Assembly (NCBI GenBank): GCA_035411265.1
Contig: DAONSQ010000001.1
Location: 1 to 56,909, forward strand
DNA: 56,909 nucleotides
Origin: a bacterium
GTDB lineage: Bacteria; Patescibacteriota; Patescibacteriia; Patescibacteriales; Patescibacteriaceae
Reading direction: 5' to 3'
Positions 1-9,630 of the stretch are shown here, piece after piece. Position numbers and translations under genes: made by a program. The notes below the pieces were generated by a model. That model searched no databases. It was given only the letters and a program-made list of their open reading frames with translations, and had not been told where the DNA came from. Positions within the stretch are counted from its first letter, which is position 1. The number at the start of each line of letters is the position of its first letter.

Positions 1-1
1 C

Positions 2-2038
2 AAGAATTTTCAACAAGCGACTGCTGAATACAGTGCTGAAGCAATTACCGTCCTCGAGGGTCTGGAGCCGATCCGCAAACGTCCAGGCATGTATATTGGC
101 TCAACTTCATCAACTGGTCTTCATCATTTAATCTGGGAAGTTGCCGATAATAGTTTCGACGAAGTCATGGCTAATTATGCTGATTATGTCGAAATAACCC
201 TACTCGATAACGGTATGGTTGAGGTTTGCGACAATGGTCGCGGTATTCCAGTTGATATTCATAAAGTAACTGGCGTTTCCGCTCTCGAAACGGTTATGAC
301 CAAGCTTCATGCTGGTGGTAAATTTGGCGGTAGCGGTTATAAAATTTCCGGTGGTTTGCATGGTGTCGGCGTTTCTGTTGTTAATGCTCTAAGTACTTAC
401 CTCAAGGCCACTGTTTATCGTGATGGCGCTGTTTGGGAACAAGAGTATGAATGCGGCAAACCAATGGGTCCAGTTAAAAAAGTTGGTAAAACCGATCCTG
501 ACCGTCATGGCACAACTATTACCTTTAAACCAGACGGCACTATTTTTGATACCACCGATTTTAAATGGGGCACTATTTTAGACCATTTCAGACAACAGAC
601 CTATTTAACTAAAGGCGTTAAGGTCAAACTGCATGATCGCCGGCCGCATCATTGTCAAAAAAATTATACTTTTTATTTTGAAGGTGGCATTCGTTCTTAT
701 ATTCGCAGTCTAAATCGCAATAATCAGGTTAAGAATGAAACAGTTTTTTATATTGAAAAAGAAGTTGAAGATAACAAAGTTGAAATTGCTCTACAATATA
801 ACGATGGCTACAATGAAACCGTTCTAGCTTTTGCTAACAACATTATTAATCCCGAAGGCGGGACTCACCTAGTTGGCTTTCGCACTGCTTTAACTCGTGT
901 TTTAAACAATTATGCTCGAGCTAAAAACCTACTTAAAGAAAAAGACGAGAATCTAACCGGTGATGATGTTCGTGAAGGTTTAGTTTCAATTATTAGCGTC
1001 AAGCTGCCAAACCCACAATTTGAAGGCCAAACTAAAGGCAAACTTGGCAATGCTGAAATTAAAGGCTGTGTTGAACAAGTCTGCAGTGAAGCTTTGAGTA
1101 TCTTTTTAGAAGAACACCCTAAAGAAGCTGAACAAATTATTGCCAAATGTTTTCTATCAGCTCAAGCTCGTATTGCCGCTCGCACTGCTCGTACTGCTAT
1201 TTTACGTAAAAGTGCTTTAGACGGAGCCACTCTACCTGGTAAATTAGCTGATTGTTCTAGTCGTAAGGCTGAAGATTGTGAATTATTTATTGTTGAGGGT
1301 GATAGTGCCGGCGGTAGTGCTAAGCAAGGCCGCGATCGTCGTTTTCAAGCAATTCTACCATTACGTGGCAAAATTCTAAACGTTGAAAGAGCTCGTTTAG
1401 ACAAGATGCTTGAAAACAATGAAATCAAAAACATGGTCATTGCTTTAGGTACCAATATTGACGACCAATTTGATGTCAGTCGACTACGTTATCATCGCAT
1501 TGTTATCATGACTGATGCCGATGTTGATGGCGCCCATATTCGAACCTTGCTACTGACTTTATTTTTCCGTCACTTTACTCCTCTAGTTAATGAGGGACAC
1601 CTCTATATTGCTCAACCACCACTTTATCAGATTAAAAAAGGTGCTGCGGTTCGCTACGCTTACAGTGATGAAGAAAAGGATAAAATCGTAACAGAATTCG
1701 GCGGTTCAACTGTTGAAGCTATTATTAGTGAAGAAGATGACGAAGATGTTACTGAAGCCACCAAAGAAAGCGAAAAAGACGAAGAAAATGAAAGCAAAGC
1801 CAAAGAACCAAAAGCAGTTCGCTTACACATTCAACGATACAAGGGTCTTGGTGAAATGAATCCAGAACAACTTTGGGAAACCACTATGAATCCAGAAAAT
1901 CGCGTCTTAAAACAAGTTAGTGTTGAAGACGCTGCCCTAGCTAATGAAATTTTCGAAATGCTTATGGGCGATGAAGTGGCTCCCCGCAAAAACTTTATCC
2001 AAACTCATGCTAAAAAAGTTACTAATCTTGATATTTAA
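2..2038 (+). CDS. gyrB: DNA gyrase subunit B, 5' end cut by window edge
   Basis: The ORF track starts at internal ATG 89. The same frame is open back to base 2 and reads KNFQQATAEYSAEAITVLEGLEPIRKRPGMYIGS, the canonical GyrB N-terminal motif, so the gene runs off the edge. Further motifs: GHKL ATPase region, TOPRIM EGDSAGGSAKQGRDR, PLRGKILNVE, YKGLGEMNP. Confidence 0.95.
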   Translation, partial: KNFQQATAEYSAEAITVLEGLEPIRKRPGMYIGSTSSTGLHHLIWEVADNSFDEVMANYADYVEITLLDNGMVEVCDNGRGIPVDIHKVTGVSALETVMTKLHAGGKFGGSGYKISGGLHGVGVSVVNALSTYLKATVYRDGAVWEQEYECGKPMGPVKKVGKTDPDRHGTTITFKPDGTIFDTTDFKWGTILDHFRQQTYLTKGVKVKLHDRRPHHCQKNYTFYFEGGIRSYIRSLNRNNQVKNETVFYIEKEVEDNKVEIALQYNDGYNETVLAFANNIINPEGGTHLVGFRTALTRVLNNYARAKNLLKEKDENLTGDDVREGLVSIISVKLPNPQFEGQTKGKLGNAEIKGCVEQVCSEALSIFLEEHPKEAEQIIAKCFLSAQARIAARTARTAILRKSALDGATLPGKLADCSSRKAEDCELFIVEGDSAGGSAKQGRDRRFQAILPLRGKILNVERARLDKMLENNEIKNMVIALGTNIDDQFDVSRLRYHRIVIMTDADVDGAHIRTLLLTLFFRHFTPLVNEGHLYIAQPPLYQIKKGAAVRYAYSDEEKDKIVTEFGGSTVEAIISEEDDEDVTEATKESEKDEENESKAKEPKAVRLHIQRYKGLGEMNPEQLWETTMNPENRVLKQVSVEDAALANEIFEMLMGDEVAPRKNFIQTHAKKVTNLDI

Positions 2039-2056
2039 AAATTCTTCTTTACATAA

Positions 2057-2090
2057 AATAAAACTGCGGCTAAGCCGCAGTTTTATTTTA
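2057..2090. terminator. Bidirectional intrinsic terminator between convergent gyrB and 2112..3722
   Basis: Hairpin CTGCGGC-TAA-GCCGCAG (2064..2080) with an A-run on the left and a T-run on the right. Confidence 0.6.
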
Positions 2091-2111
2091 TCGAAAAAAT
2101 CTATAATAATC

Positions 2112-3722
2112 TTATCGACCTAGTTTTAAATTAATCTTATCAGTCCCAGGAACTTTATTTAAAAAACTTGGATGCCAATCAGTTTTATATTTAATCAAAT
2201 TAGTTTGATTGTTTAAATAATTGTCTAATTGTTTACGGCTCATACCAACCAAGTCTTTCTCATTAATTAACTGTTCTGGACGATTAAAAGCCAAATTACT
2301 GCTATAACTAATTTCTAGTTGGGCCTGATGCTGTTCTGGTGCCCAACTAATTAAGCGATAGCTAAGCGATTGCTTGTTAATAACTGCCGCTGGATTATTT
2401 TGATCAATCAAGCTATTCTCAATTGTTTCCTGATTAACAATCGCGGCTCCAATAGTTGCTTTGATTGCAACTGTAAAATCAGCTTTATTCTCGCCAGCTT
2501 TAGCATTGACACTAACTGGCCAATTATTTTCATCAGTCCAATAAATAACAGTTTCCGAACCAATTTCTGGGGCAATTTTATCTTTAGCTTGTTGCATTGC
2601 CATGCTTTTGGCCTGAGCAATAGCCTGATCAATGTCGTAAACTGTCACCACTGGCTTGCTAGCAACTTGATAATTTATTGGTTGTTCAGCAATAGCGTAA
2701 ATCTTTTCTTGCAATCCAGCCCAAAGACCAGGGATCGTGAATTTAGTTTGAACGCCAATAGCATTTTCGGCTTTGACACTGTCAGCATAGACATTAGCCG
2801 TTACCCTTCCACCAGCCGGAACATTAACATAATCTTTAAGACGATATAAAACACCGCTACTAGTGATTAATCTAGTTGTTGCTCTAAGCGGCTGATCTTT
2901 ACCAGTTTCGTTAATCAAAACTACTTGACCGGCTAAAGTTGCCTCTCCAGTTGTTTGTTCTTGACCAGTAGCTAAAAAAGTCTGCTTATATTCAACAGTT
3001 TCTTGAATAAATTTACTCGGCAGAGCTTCAGCACCAACCGGAGCACTGTCAGTTAAATTAATCGTCTTATTAATTGTCTGGACATCGCTAGCTGGAAATA
3101 AAGTAATATCAACTCTAACCAAAGAATAATAAGACATCGCCAAAACCACGATAGCAATTAAGCCTAAAAAGAAAAAAGCTAAACGACGATAAAGACGGCT
3201 AGAATTTTGTTCTGGTTCCAGCTCAACTTCTTCCAACCATTCAGCTTCATCAATCATTTCTGGTTCTTCTTCAAAAACATGTTGTTCAATTGGATAATCT
3301 TCAAGATTGCCACTAGGCATTGTTTCTTCAACTGGTGTCTCGCGAGCTTCTTCCCAAACTGTAAATTCTTGCTCAGTTACTAAAGGCTGATTAGTGACTA
3401 CTACCACCTGTGGCTGTGCTGGCGCCTTTTTCTTAACCGGCGCTAAAGCTTTTTTAGTAATTGATTTAGTCTTATTTATCGACTTAGCTTTAATTGCTGG
3501 TTTAGTCTTGGCAACTGGCTTAGTCTTGACTTCAATCTTCTTGGCCGGCTTAACTACTGTTTTAGCCATTGTTTTTTTAACTGGTTTTACCACTGATTTA
3601 GTGGTTGTTTTTTTAGTAGTCATTTTAGCAGGACGAACCTTAGGTGGACGGCCAGCCAAACGACGAGCTGGTTGCTTGGCCGACTGCTGGCGCGACACAA
3701 CCGCTGATTTTTTTTGAGGCAT
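2112..3722 (-). CDS. Hypothetical single-pass membrane protein with a basic-repeat plus acidic cytoplasmic head
   Basis: 536-aa ORF with ATG start. The N-terminal ~110 aa are K/P/T/A-rich repeats (KKTTTKSVVKPVKKTMAKTVVKPAKK...). An E/D-rich segment follows, then one TM helix (LAFFFLGLIAIVVLAMSYY) and a ~340-aa external domain of no family I recognise. Confidence 0.7.
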   Translation of the reverse strand: MPQKKSAVVSRQQSAKQPARRLAGRPPKVRPAKMTTKKTTTKSVVKPVKKTMAKTVVKPAKKIEVKTKPVAKTKPAIKAKSINKTKSITKKALAPVKKKAPAQPQVVVVTNQPLVTEQEFTVWEEARETPVEETMPSGNLEDYPIEQHVFEEEPEMIDEAEWLEEVELEPEQNSSRLYRRLAFFFLGLIAIVVLAMSYYSLVRVDITLFPASDVQTINKTINLTDSAPVGAEALPSKFIQETVEYKQTFLATGQEQTTGEATLAGQVVLINETGKDQPLRATTRLITSSGVLYRLKDYVNVPAGGRVTANVYADSVKAENAIGVQTKFTIPGLWAGLQEKIYAIAEQPINYQVASKPVVTVYDIDQAIAQAKSMAMQQAKDKIAPEIGSETVIYWTDENNWPVSVNAKAGENKADFTVAIKATIGAAIVNQETIENSLIDQNNPAAVINKQSLSYRLISWAPEQHQAQLEISYSSNLAFNRPEQLINEKDLVGMSRKQLDNYLNNQTNLIKYKTDWHPSFLNKVPGTDKINLKLGR

Positions 3723-3756
3723 AAAATAATTTAATAATTTTCTATCTATATTATAC

Positions 3757-6700
3757 CTAAAATCTCACCTTTCCTGCAAATTTTGCCATCAAGTCACTTA
3801 ATAGCTTTGGTTGACGATCAACCTGAAAGCCAGTTGCTATAAGCTTTTTATCACCATTTAGATTGATTTCTAAGAATACCTGGTTGCTGCCCGGATATTG
3901 CAGAAGTATCTCTTTTAATAAAACTAATTCCTCTTGGCTAAATTCACTATTTAAAATTAAATTCAAAGGATCAGGCAAGCTATTAGCTGGACCAGTTATT
4001 ACTGGACCACTCGGCCGTGACTCTTCCTTCACTCCCCAACTGCCATTTCGCACCTTCTTTTTGGCACCTGGTAATTCACGAAAAGCTGCCAACTGGTCTG
4101 GTAAATTATCCAAGGTTAGATAGATTGCCTTTTCGGCTAAAATTTTTCGTTCATTATCTTTATCTGAAATGGTTCCTTGGCATAAAACCGCCTGGCCATC
4201 GCGCCAAACCTCAGCGGTTGCTGCGAGCAAAGTTGGAAAAACAATCACTTCAGTACTGCTGGTATCATCCTCTAATTTAACAAACAACATTGACTGATTA
4301 GCTCTAGTCATAATCTTTTTACTACTAGCCACCATACCGCCAATAATTACAGTTTGTTCATTGGAAAATTTAGACAAATCTCTAATTGGCGTTACTGTTG
4401 CCTCTAGCTGCTTACGATAATCAACAAACGGATGTTCAGTAATATAAAGCCCTAAAAGCTCTCGCTCCCAAGCCAGCTTAGTTTGACGATCAATCAGTGG
4501 CGCCGGTTCTAAACGAAGTGGCGGATGCTCAATACCGCCAACTCCAGCAAATAAGCTATTCTGGCCGCTCAATCTATTTTGATTAATATCTTTATTATAT
4601 TTCAAAATAATTTCAATATTTTGCAGTAACTGCTGACGATCCAGCCATTCATCAAAAGCACCGGCTTTTATTAAACTTTCCAAAGATTTGCGATTGAGAT
4701 CTTTGTCAGTCACTCTTTGCAAGAAATCAGCCATGTCTTTATATTGGCCATTAGCCTTACGCTCATCTTTAATTACTTGAGCAATGTGCTCGCCAACATT
4801 TTTAATAGCCAAAAGACCAAAACGGATAGTTGGATGGTCAACTAATTTTTCATCAACTACCGTAAAAGAATCAAATGATTGATTGATATCAGGCTGACAA
4901 ACCTCAATCCCCATATGGCGGCACTCTTCAATCTCAATCGCTACCCGATCACTATTTTGCTGATCAGCTGCTAATAATGCTGCCATAAAAGCTGTCGGAT
5001 AATTAGCTTTAAGATAAGCTGTCTGATAAGCCACCATGGCATAGCAGGCTGCATGTGAACGATTAAAACCATAACCAGCAAATGGCTCAATAAACGAGAA
5101 GACTTTTTCCGCCAAAGCTCCATCAATACCATTCCCAACACAACCAGCAATAAACTTTTCTTTTTGCTCTGCCAGCAGTTTAACAATCTTCTTACCCATA
5201 GCCTTACGAAGCACATCGGCTTGCCCCATAGTAAAACCAGCCAAACTACGAGCAATTTGCATAACCTGCTCCTGATAAATAGCCACACCATAAGTCCTCG
5301 ATAAAATCGGTTCTAATTTCGGATGTAAATATTGCGGCTTTTTAACACCGTGCTTGCCAGCAATATAATCAGGAATCCACTCCATCGGACCAGGACGATA
5401 CAAAGCCACCATAGCAATAATGTCTTCCAAATTATTCGGCTTCAAGTCGCGCAAATAGCGCTTCATGCCAGAAGATTCAAACTGAAAAACACCAGTCGTT
5501 TCACCATCCTGAAAAAGCTTGAATGATTTCTCATCATCTAGGGGAATATTATTAATATCAATCTCAACTCCGGTTGTAGCTTTAATGATTCGAATGGCTG
5601 ATTCAATAATGGTAAGATTCTTCAAACCCAAAAAGTCCATTTTAAGCAAACCTAAATCTTCCACTGGATGCAGTGAGTACTGACAGACGATTGATTTATC
5701 CGCCGATGAAGCATGCTGAATCGGTGTGTATTCAGTTAATGGATCTTTAGTAATTAAAATACCGCAAGCATGGGTTGAGGAGTGTCTGGCACAACCCTCG
5801 AGCCGCAAAGCATAATCAATAATTTGCTTGGCTTGCGGATCTTGTTTATAGATCTGTTTAAGTTCTGGCACCTGCTCCAAAGCTTCTGGCAATTTCGTCA
5901 TCATCGGAATCATCTTGGCCAGTTTATCACAATAATCATAACTAACATCCAAAACACGGCCAATATCACGCACTGCCATACGGGCAGCCATAGTTCCAAA
6001 GGTCATAATCTGCGAAACATGATCACGGCCATATTTTTGCGCCACATATTCAATCACATCTTCACGACGAACATCAGCAAAATCAGTATCAATATCAGGC
6101 ATCGAAATACGCTCCGGATTTAAGAAACGCTCAAAAAGCAAATCATATTTAATCGGACAAAGTTCAGTAATACCAATTAGATAACAAACTAAAGATCCGG
6201 CCGCGCTACCACGACCTGGTCCAACAACAATGCCATTATCTTTCGACCAATTAATAAAATCAGCGACGATCAGAAAATAATCTGGAAAACCCATCTTGGC
6301 AATAATTTCCAGTTCATAATCCATTCTTTCTCGATAAACCTGATCGATTTCTTCGTAAATCTGGCCATAACGCTTAACCAAACCCTCTAAGCAAAGCTGG
6401 CGTAAATAATCTTGAGCTGTCAGCCCTGCCGGAACCTCAAAAACCGGTAACAATACCTGCCCCATTTCTAAATCTAAATCACACTGTTCGGCAATTTTTA
6501 AGGTATTACTAATCGCTTCTGGCGTTTCCGAAAAAACAGCTGCCATATCCTCGGCCGACCGGAAAGAACAATCAATATCCAGCATGCTCATTCTAGCTGT
6601 TTCACTCTTTTTGCGTTTAGTTTGCAGGCAAAGCAAAACATCCTGAACATCTTTGTCAGTTCCCCTTAAATAATGAACATCATTAGTCGCTACCAAAGGA

Positions 6701-7302
6701 ATGCCGGTTTCTTGAGAGATACGAATCAAGCCTTCATTAGCAATCGCCTGTTCCGGCAAGCTAGGATTGTCCTGGAGTTCTAAATAATAATTACCTTCAC
6801 CAAATAAATTTAGATATTCTAAAGCTCGCTCTTTGGCTTGCTCATAACGATCAGATACAATTAGCCGCGGAATTTCTCCAGCCAAACAAGCGCTCATGGC
6901 GATTAAGCCATCACTATACTGACAAAGAGTTTCCCAATCAATACGCGGCTTATAATAAAAGCCTTCCAAATGAGCAATACTAACTAACTTCAAAAGATTA
7001 TGATAGCCAGTCTGATTTTTAGCCAGTAGTACCAAATGATAATTACGCTCATTTTGGCTACTCTTGTCATGGCGCGAACCAGGCGCCAAATAAGTTTCCA
7101 CCCCGATAATTGGTTTAATGCCAGCTTTTTTACACTTTTGGTAAAACTCAACCACGCCGTACATAACCCCGTGATCGGTTAAAGCAACAGCGGGAGCATT
7201 ATCAGCCTTGGCCATCTCGACTAATTCGTCAATTTTACCTAAACCATCCAGTAAAGAATAGTGGCTATGAACATGAAGATGGACAAAAGACTGATTGGAC
7301 AT
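3757..7302 (-). CDS. dnaE: DNA polymerase III alpha subunit
   Basis: 1181 aa. N-terminal PHP motif HLHVHSHYSLLDG, polymerase core (GSAAGSLVCYLIGIT, MPDIDTDF), C-terminal OB-fold region. Confidence 0.95.
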   Translation of the reverse strand: MSNQSFVHLHVHSHYSLLDGLGKIDELVEMAKADNAPAVALTDHGVMYGVVEFYQKCKKAGIKPIIGVETYLAPGSRHDKSSQNERNYHLVLLAKNQTGYHNLLKLVSIAHLEGFYYKPRIDWETLCQYSDGLIAMSACLAGEIPRLIVSDRYEQAKERALEYLNLFGEGNYYLELQDNPSLPEQAIANEGLIRISQETGIPLVATNDVHYLRGTDKDVQDVLLCLQTKRKKSETARMSMLDIDCSFRSAEDMAAVFSETPEAISNTLKIAEQCDLDLEMGQVLLPVFEVPAGLTAQDYLRQLCLEGLVKRYGQIYEEIDQVYRERMDYELEIIAKMGFPDYFLIVADFINWSKDNGIVVGPGRGSAAGSLVCYLIGITELCPIKYDLLFERFLNPERISMPDIDTDFADVRREDVIEYVAQKYGRDHVSQIMTFGTMAARMAVRDIGRVLDVSYDYCDKLAKMIPMMTKLPEALEQVPELKQIYKQDPQAKQIIDYALRLEGCARHSSTHACGILITKDPLTEYTPIQHASSADKSIVCQYSLHPVEDLGLLKMDFLGLKNLTIIESAIRIIKATTGVEIDINNIPLDDEKSFKLFQDGETTGVFQFESSGMKRYLRDLKPNNLEDIIAMVALYRPGPMEWIPDYIAGKHGVKKPQYLHPKLEPILSRTYGVAIYQEQVMQIARSLAGFTMGQADVLRKAMGKKIVKLLAEQKEKFIAGCVGNGIDGALAEKVFSFIEPFAGYGFNRSHAACYAMVAYQTAYLKANYPTAFMAALLAADQQNSDRVAIEIEECRHMGIEVCQPDINQSFDSFTVVDEKLVDHPTIRFGLLAIKNVGEHIAQVIKDERKANGQYKDMADFLQRVTDKDLNRKSLESLIKAGAFDEWLDRQQLLQNIEIILKYNKDINQNRLSGQNSLFAGVGGIEHPPLRLEPAPLIDRQTKLAWERELLGLYITEHPFVDYRKQLEATVTPIRDLSKFSNEQTVIIGGMVASSKKIMTRANQSMLFVKLEDDTSSTEVIVFPTLLAATAEVWRDGQAVLCQGTISDKDNERKILAEKAIYLTLDNLPDQLAAFRELPGAKKKVRNGSWGVKEESRPSGPVITGPANSLPDPLNLILNSEFSQEELVLLKEILLQYPGSNQVFLEINLNGDKKLIATGFQVDRQPKLLSDLMAKFAGKVRF

Positions 7303-7351
7303 GAGGGGAAATTCAAAAATTAAACTGCCTATTAAGCTACCTTTAGTATAA

Positions 7352-7378
7352 CAAAAAAGACCCGTTTTGTCAGGGTCT
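7352..7378 (-). terminator. Intrinsic terminator after the GT4 gene, upstream of dnaE
   Basis: Minus strand reads AGACCC-N9-GGGTCT (7378..7358) followed by TTTTTT (7358..7353). Confidence 0.55.
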
Positions 7379-7381
7379 TTC

Positions 7382-8518
7382 TTATTTTTTTAATAGTTGC
7401 CAGTAAGCCTCAGCCGTCTTTTGCCAACTAAACTTAGCGGCTACTTTTTGCCCAGCTAAACCAAGTTCTTCAGCTAAATTTTTATCAGAAAAAATTTGTT
7501 CTATCGCTCGAGCAATAGCTTGACTATCCGCTGGATCAATCATTATCGCTGCACCAGCAACTACTTCTGGTAAGGCAGTCACGCTCGAAGTAATGACTGG
7601 TCGACCGGTTGCCATCCCTTCTAAAGCTGGTAAACCAAAACCTTCATAAAAAGAAGGATAGATTAAAGCGCTAGCTAAATTATAAACCGCTGGCAAATCA
7701 GCCGCTGGCAAATAGCCTAACCATTTAATATTTTTCTGATTAATCGCCTTTTTCCAAGCATTTCTAGCTTGACCATGGCGCCAACCCTGCCCACCAGCAA
7801 TTATCAACTGACAATCCTGCAAATCAGGACGGCGACTCAATAAGTTATCAAAACCCTTGATAACTGTGGCTAAATTTTTGCGCGGTTCAAAAGTGGCTAA
7901 CGATAAAATATATCTATCAGGCAAATTATATTTTTGCTTAATCGGCAATAATTCAGCTTGTTTTAATGGCCGAAATTGCTCACCAACCGCTGAATAAATA
8001 ACTTCAATTTTATTTTCCGGCACACCCAAAAGCTCTTGTAAATCTCGCTTGGTATTTTCCGAAATAGCTACAATCTTATTTACTCGCTCAACTAATTTTT
8101 GAAGCCTCAAGCTAGCATGCCACAGTCTTTGGCGACCAGAAAAAAATTCCGGCTGACGTAAAAATGACAAATCATGAATCGTTAAAACCGTCGGGGTTTG
8201 TCCTGAAAGCGGTGTAAAATTAAAATGTGGTAAGAGCCAAACATCAGCCTTAATTTGCTGATCCAAAAATGGCCGATTAAATAAAGTCGCTAAAATATTA
8301 ACCAATTTGTTAGGTCTCTTAAACTGCCGCCAACAAACATTTGGTTGATCAGCTAAATAAAGCCAATTGTCTGGCTTTTTCTTCCAGCTACTATAAAATA
8401 AAACCCACTCGACTTCCGGGTGAGCTTTGATTAAAGCCTCAATCAAACGACCAGTATACTCAGGAATACCGCTAATTTGGCGAGCTAACAATGGACGAAC
8501 ATCAACGGCTATCCGCAT
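7382..8518 (-). CDS. Glycosyltransferase family 4 (GT-B fold)
   Basis: 378 aa. C-terminal GT1/GT4 signature YPSFYEGFGLPALEGMATGRPVITS. Confidence 0.85.
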   Translation of the reverse strand: MRIAVDVRPLLARQISGIPEYTGRLIEALIKAHPEVEWVLFYSSWKKKPDNWLYLADQPNVCWRQFKRPNKLVNILATLFNRPFLDQQIKADVWLLPHFNFTPLSGQTPTVLTIHDLSFLRQPEFFSGRQRLWHASLRLQKLVERVNKIVAISENTKRDLQELLGVPENKIEVIYSAVGEQFRPLKQAELLPIKQKYNLPDRYILSLATFEPRKNLATVIKGFDNLLSRRPDLQDCQLIIAGGQGWRHGQARNAWKKAINQKNIKWLGYLPAADLPAVYNLASALIYPSFYEGFGLPALEGMATGRPVITSSVTALPEVVAGAAIMIDPADSQAIARAIEQIFSDKNLAEELGLAGQKVAAKFSWQKTAEAYWQLLKK

Positions 8519-8521
8519 ATC

Positions 8522-9628
8522 TTATTGATTCCTAAAATCGAGAAGCGCTTGTTCAACAAAAGTTCGGAATTGCTTTTCAAATTCTTGACGAGAGAACTCT
8601 TCCGCTCTTTGCCTAATTGCAGCCGCATTAAAATTAATTTCTTTAAATTTTTCTAAAGCTTCTTTCAAAGAATTAACTGTTTGTTCTGGAAAAAGTAAGC
8701 CGGTTTGCCCGTCAATTATAGTTTCCATGGCACCGCCTTTAGCATAAGCAATTACTGGACGACCAGCCGCCATCGCTTCAACCACCGTAATACCAAAATC
8801 CTCTTCTTGCGGGTTAATAAAAGCCTGGGCTCCACGATAAAGCTCAATCTTTTCAGCTTCGCTGACTCGGCCTAAAAATTCAATATTAGTTTGACCTTCA
8901 GCGATTTTCTTTAAACGGGCCAAATCAACGCCATCACCAAAAATCTTAAGTGGCCAACCTAATATTTTAAAAGCCTCAACAATCAAATCAAACCGCTTAT
9001 AAGTAACAATTCGTCCACCAGCTAAAAAATACCGCCCTTCTCCTGTCGCTAGAGTTATTTTATCAGTATCAACTGGCGGATAAATGACTTGACTCGTGCG
9101 GCCATAATATTTTTTAATCCTCTTTTGGACAGTTTTGGAATTGGCAATAAAATAATCCACCCGATCAGCTGACTGGCGATCCCAAAGCCGCAAATAATTT
9201 AAAAATAAAGAAACGATTTTCTTTAAAAACTTATTATAATGAAGCTCGGCAATATATTTATGAGTATAATCCCAAAGATAACGCGTTGGCGTATGGCAAT
9301 AACAAATATGAGGTACATCGGTTGTCGTAATTACCCCTTTGGCAAAAGCGCTAGCATCAGAAATCACCAAATCATAATCAGATAAATCAAAAAATTCGAC
9401 CGCCATTGGCATAAACGGCAAAAACCACTGATAATGTTTAACTCCCCCGGGAACTCTCTGGATAAAAGAAGTCTTGATGGTGCGACCGGAAAAATATTTA
9501 TCCGCATGCTTTTTTTCGTAAAGCAAAGTATAAATATCGGCTTGCGGATACATTTCAGCAATTACCTTGAGCACTTTCTCGGCGCCACCGTCTTGCGCTA
9601 AATGATCATGAATTAAAGCAATTTTCAT
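8522..9628 (-). CDS. Glycosyltransferase family 4 (GT-B fold)
   Basis: 368 aa. N-terminal MKIALIHDHL..DGGAEKV and C-terminal NPQEEDFGITVVEAMAAGRPVIA signature. Confidence 0.85.
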   Translation of the reverse strand: MKIALIHDHLAQDGGAEKVLKVIAEMYPQADIYTLLYEKKHADKYFSGRTIKTSFIQRVPGGVKHYQWFLPFMPMAVEFFDLSDYDLVISDASAFAKGVITTTDVPHICYCHTPTRYLWDYTHKYIAELHYNKFLKKIVSLFLNYLRLWDRQSADRVDYFIANSKTVQKRIKKYYGRTSQVIYPPVDTDKITLATGEGRYFLAGGRIVTYKRFDLIVEAFKILGWPLKIFGDGVDLARLKKIAEGQTNIEFLGRVSEAEKIELYRGAQAFINPQEEDFGITVVEAMAAGRPVIAYAKGGAMETIIDGQTGLLFPEQTVNSLKEALEKFKEINFNAAAIRQRAEEFSRQEFEKQFRTFVEQALLDFRNQ

Positions 9629-9630
9629 AT

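Noticed and set aside
2370-3717. Long plus-strand track ORFs (2370..2849, 3394..3717) inside the 2112..3722 gene
   Set aside because: They are antisense shadows of the real gene. Their translations are low-complexity or Cys/Asn/Ile-rich with no start context or recognisable motifs, and the minus-strand frame has a coherent signal/TM/domain architecture.
910-6123. Short track ORFs nested in gyrB and dnaE (910..1146, 3863..4280, 4971..5291, 5332..5526, 5782..6123)
   Set aside because: They lie entirely inside strongly supported genes, either in other frames or on the opposite strand, and have no motifs or start signals.
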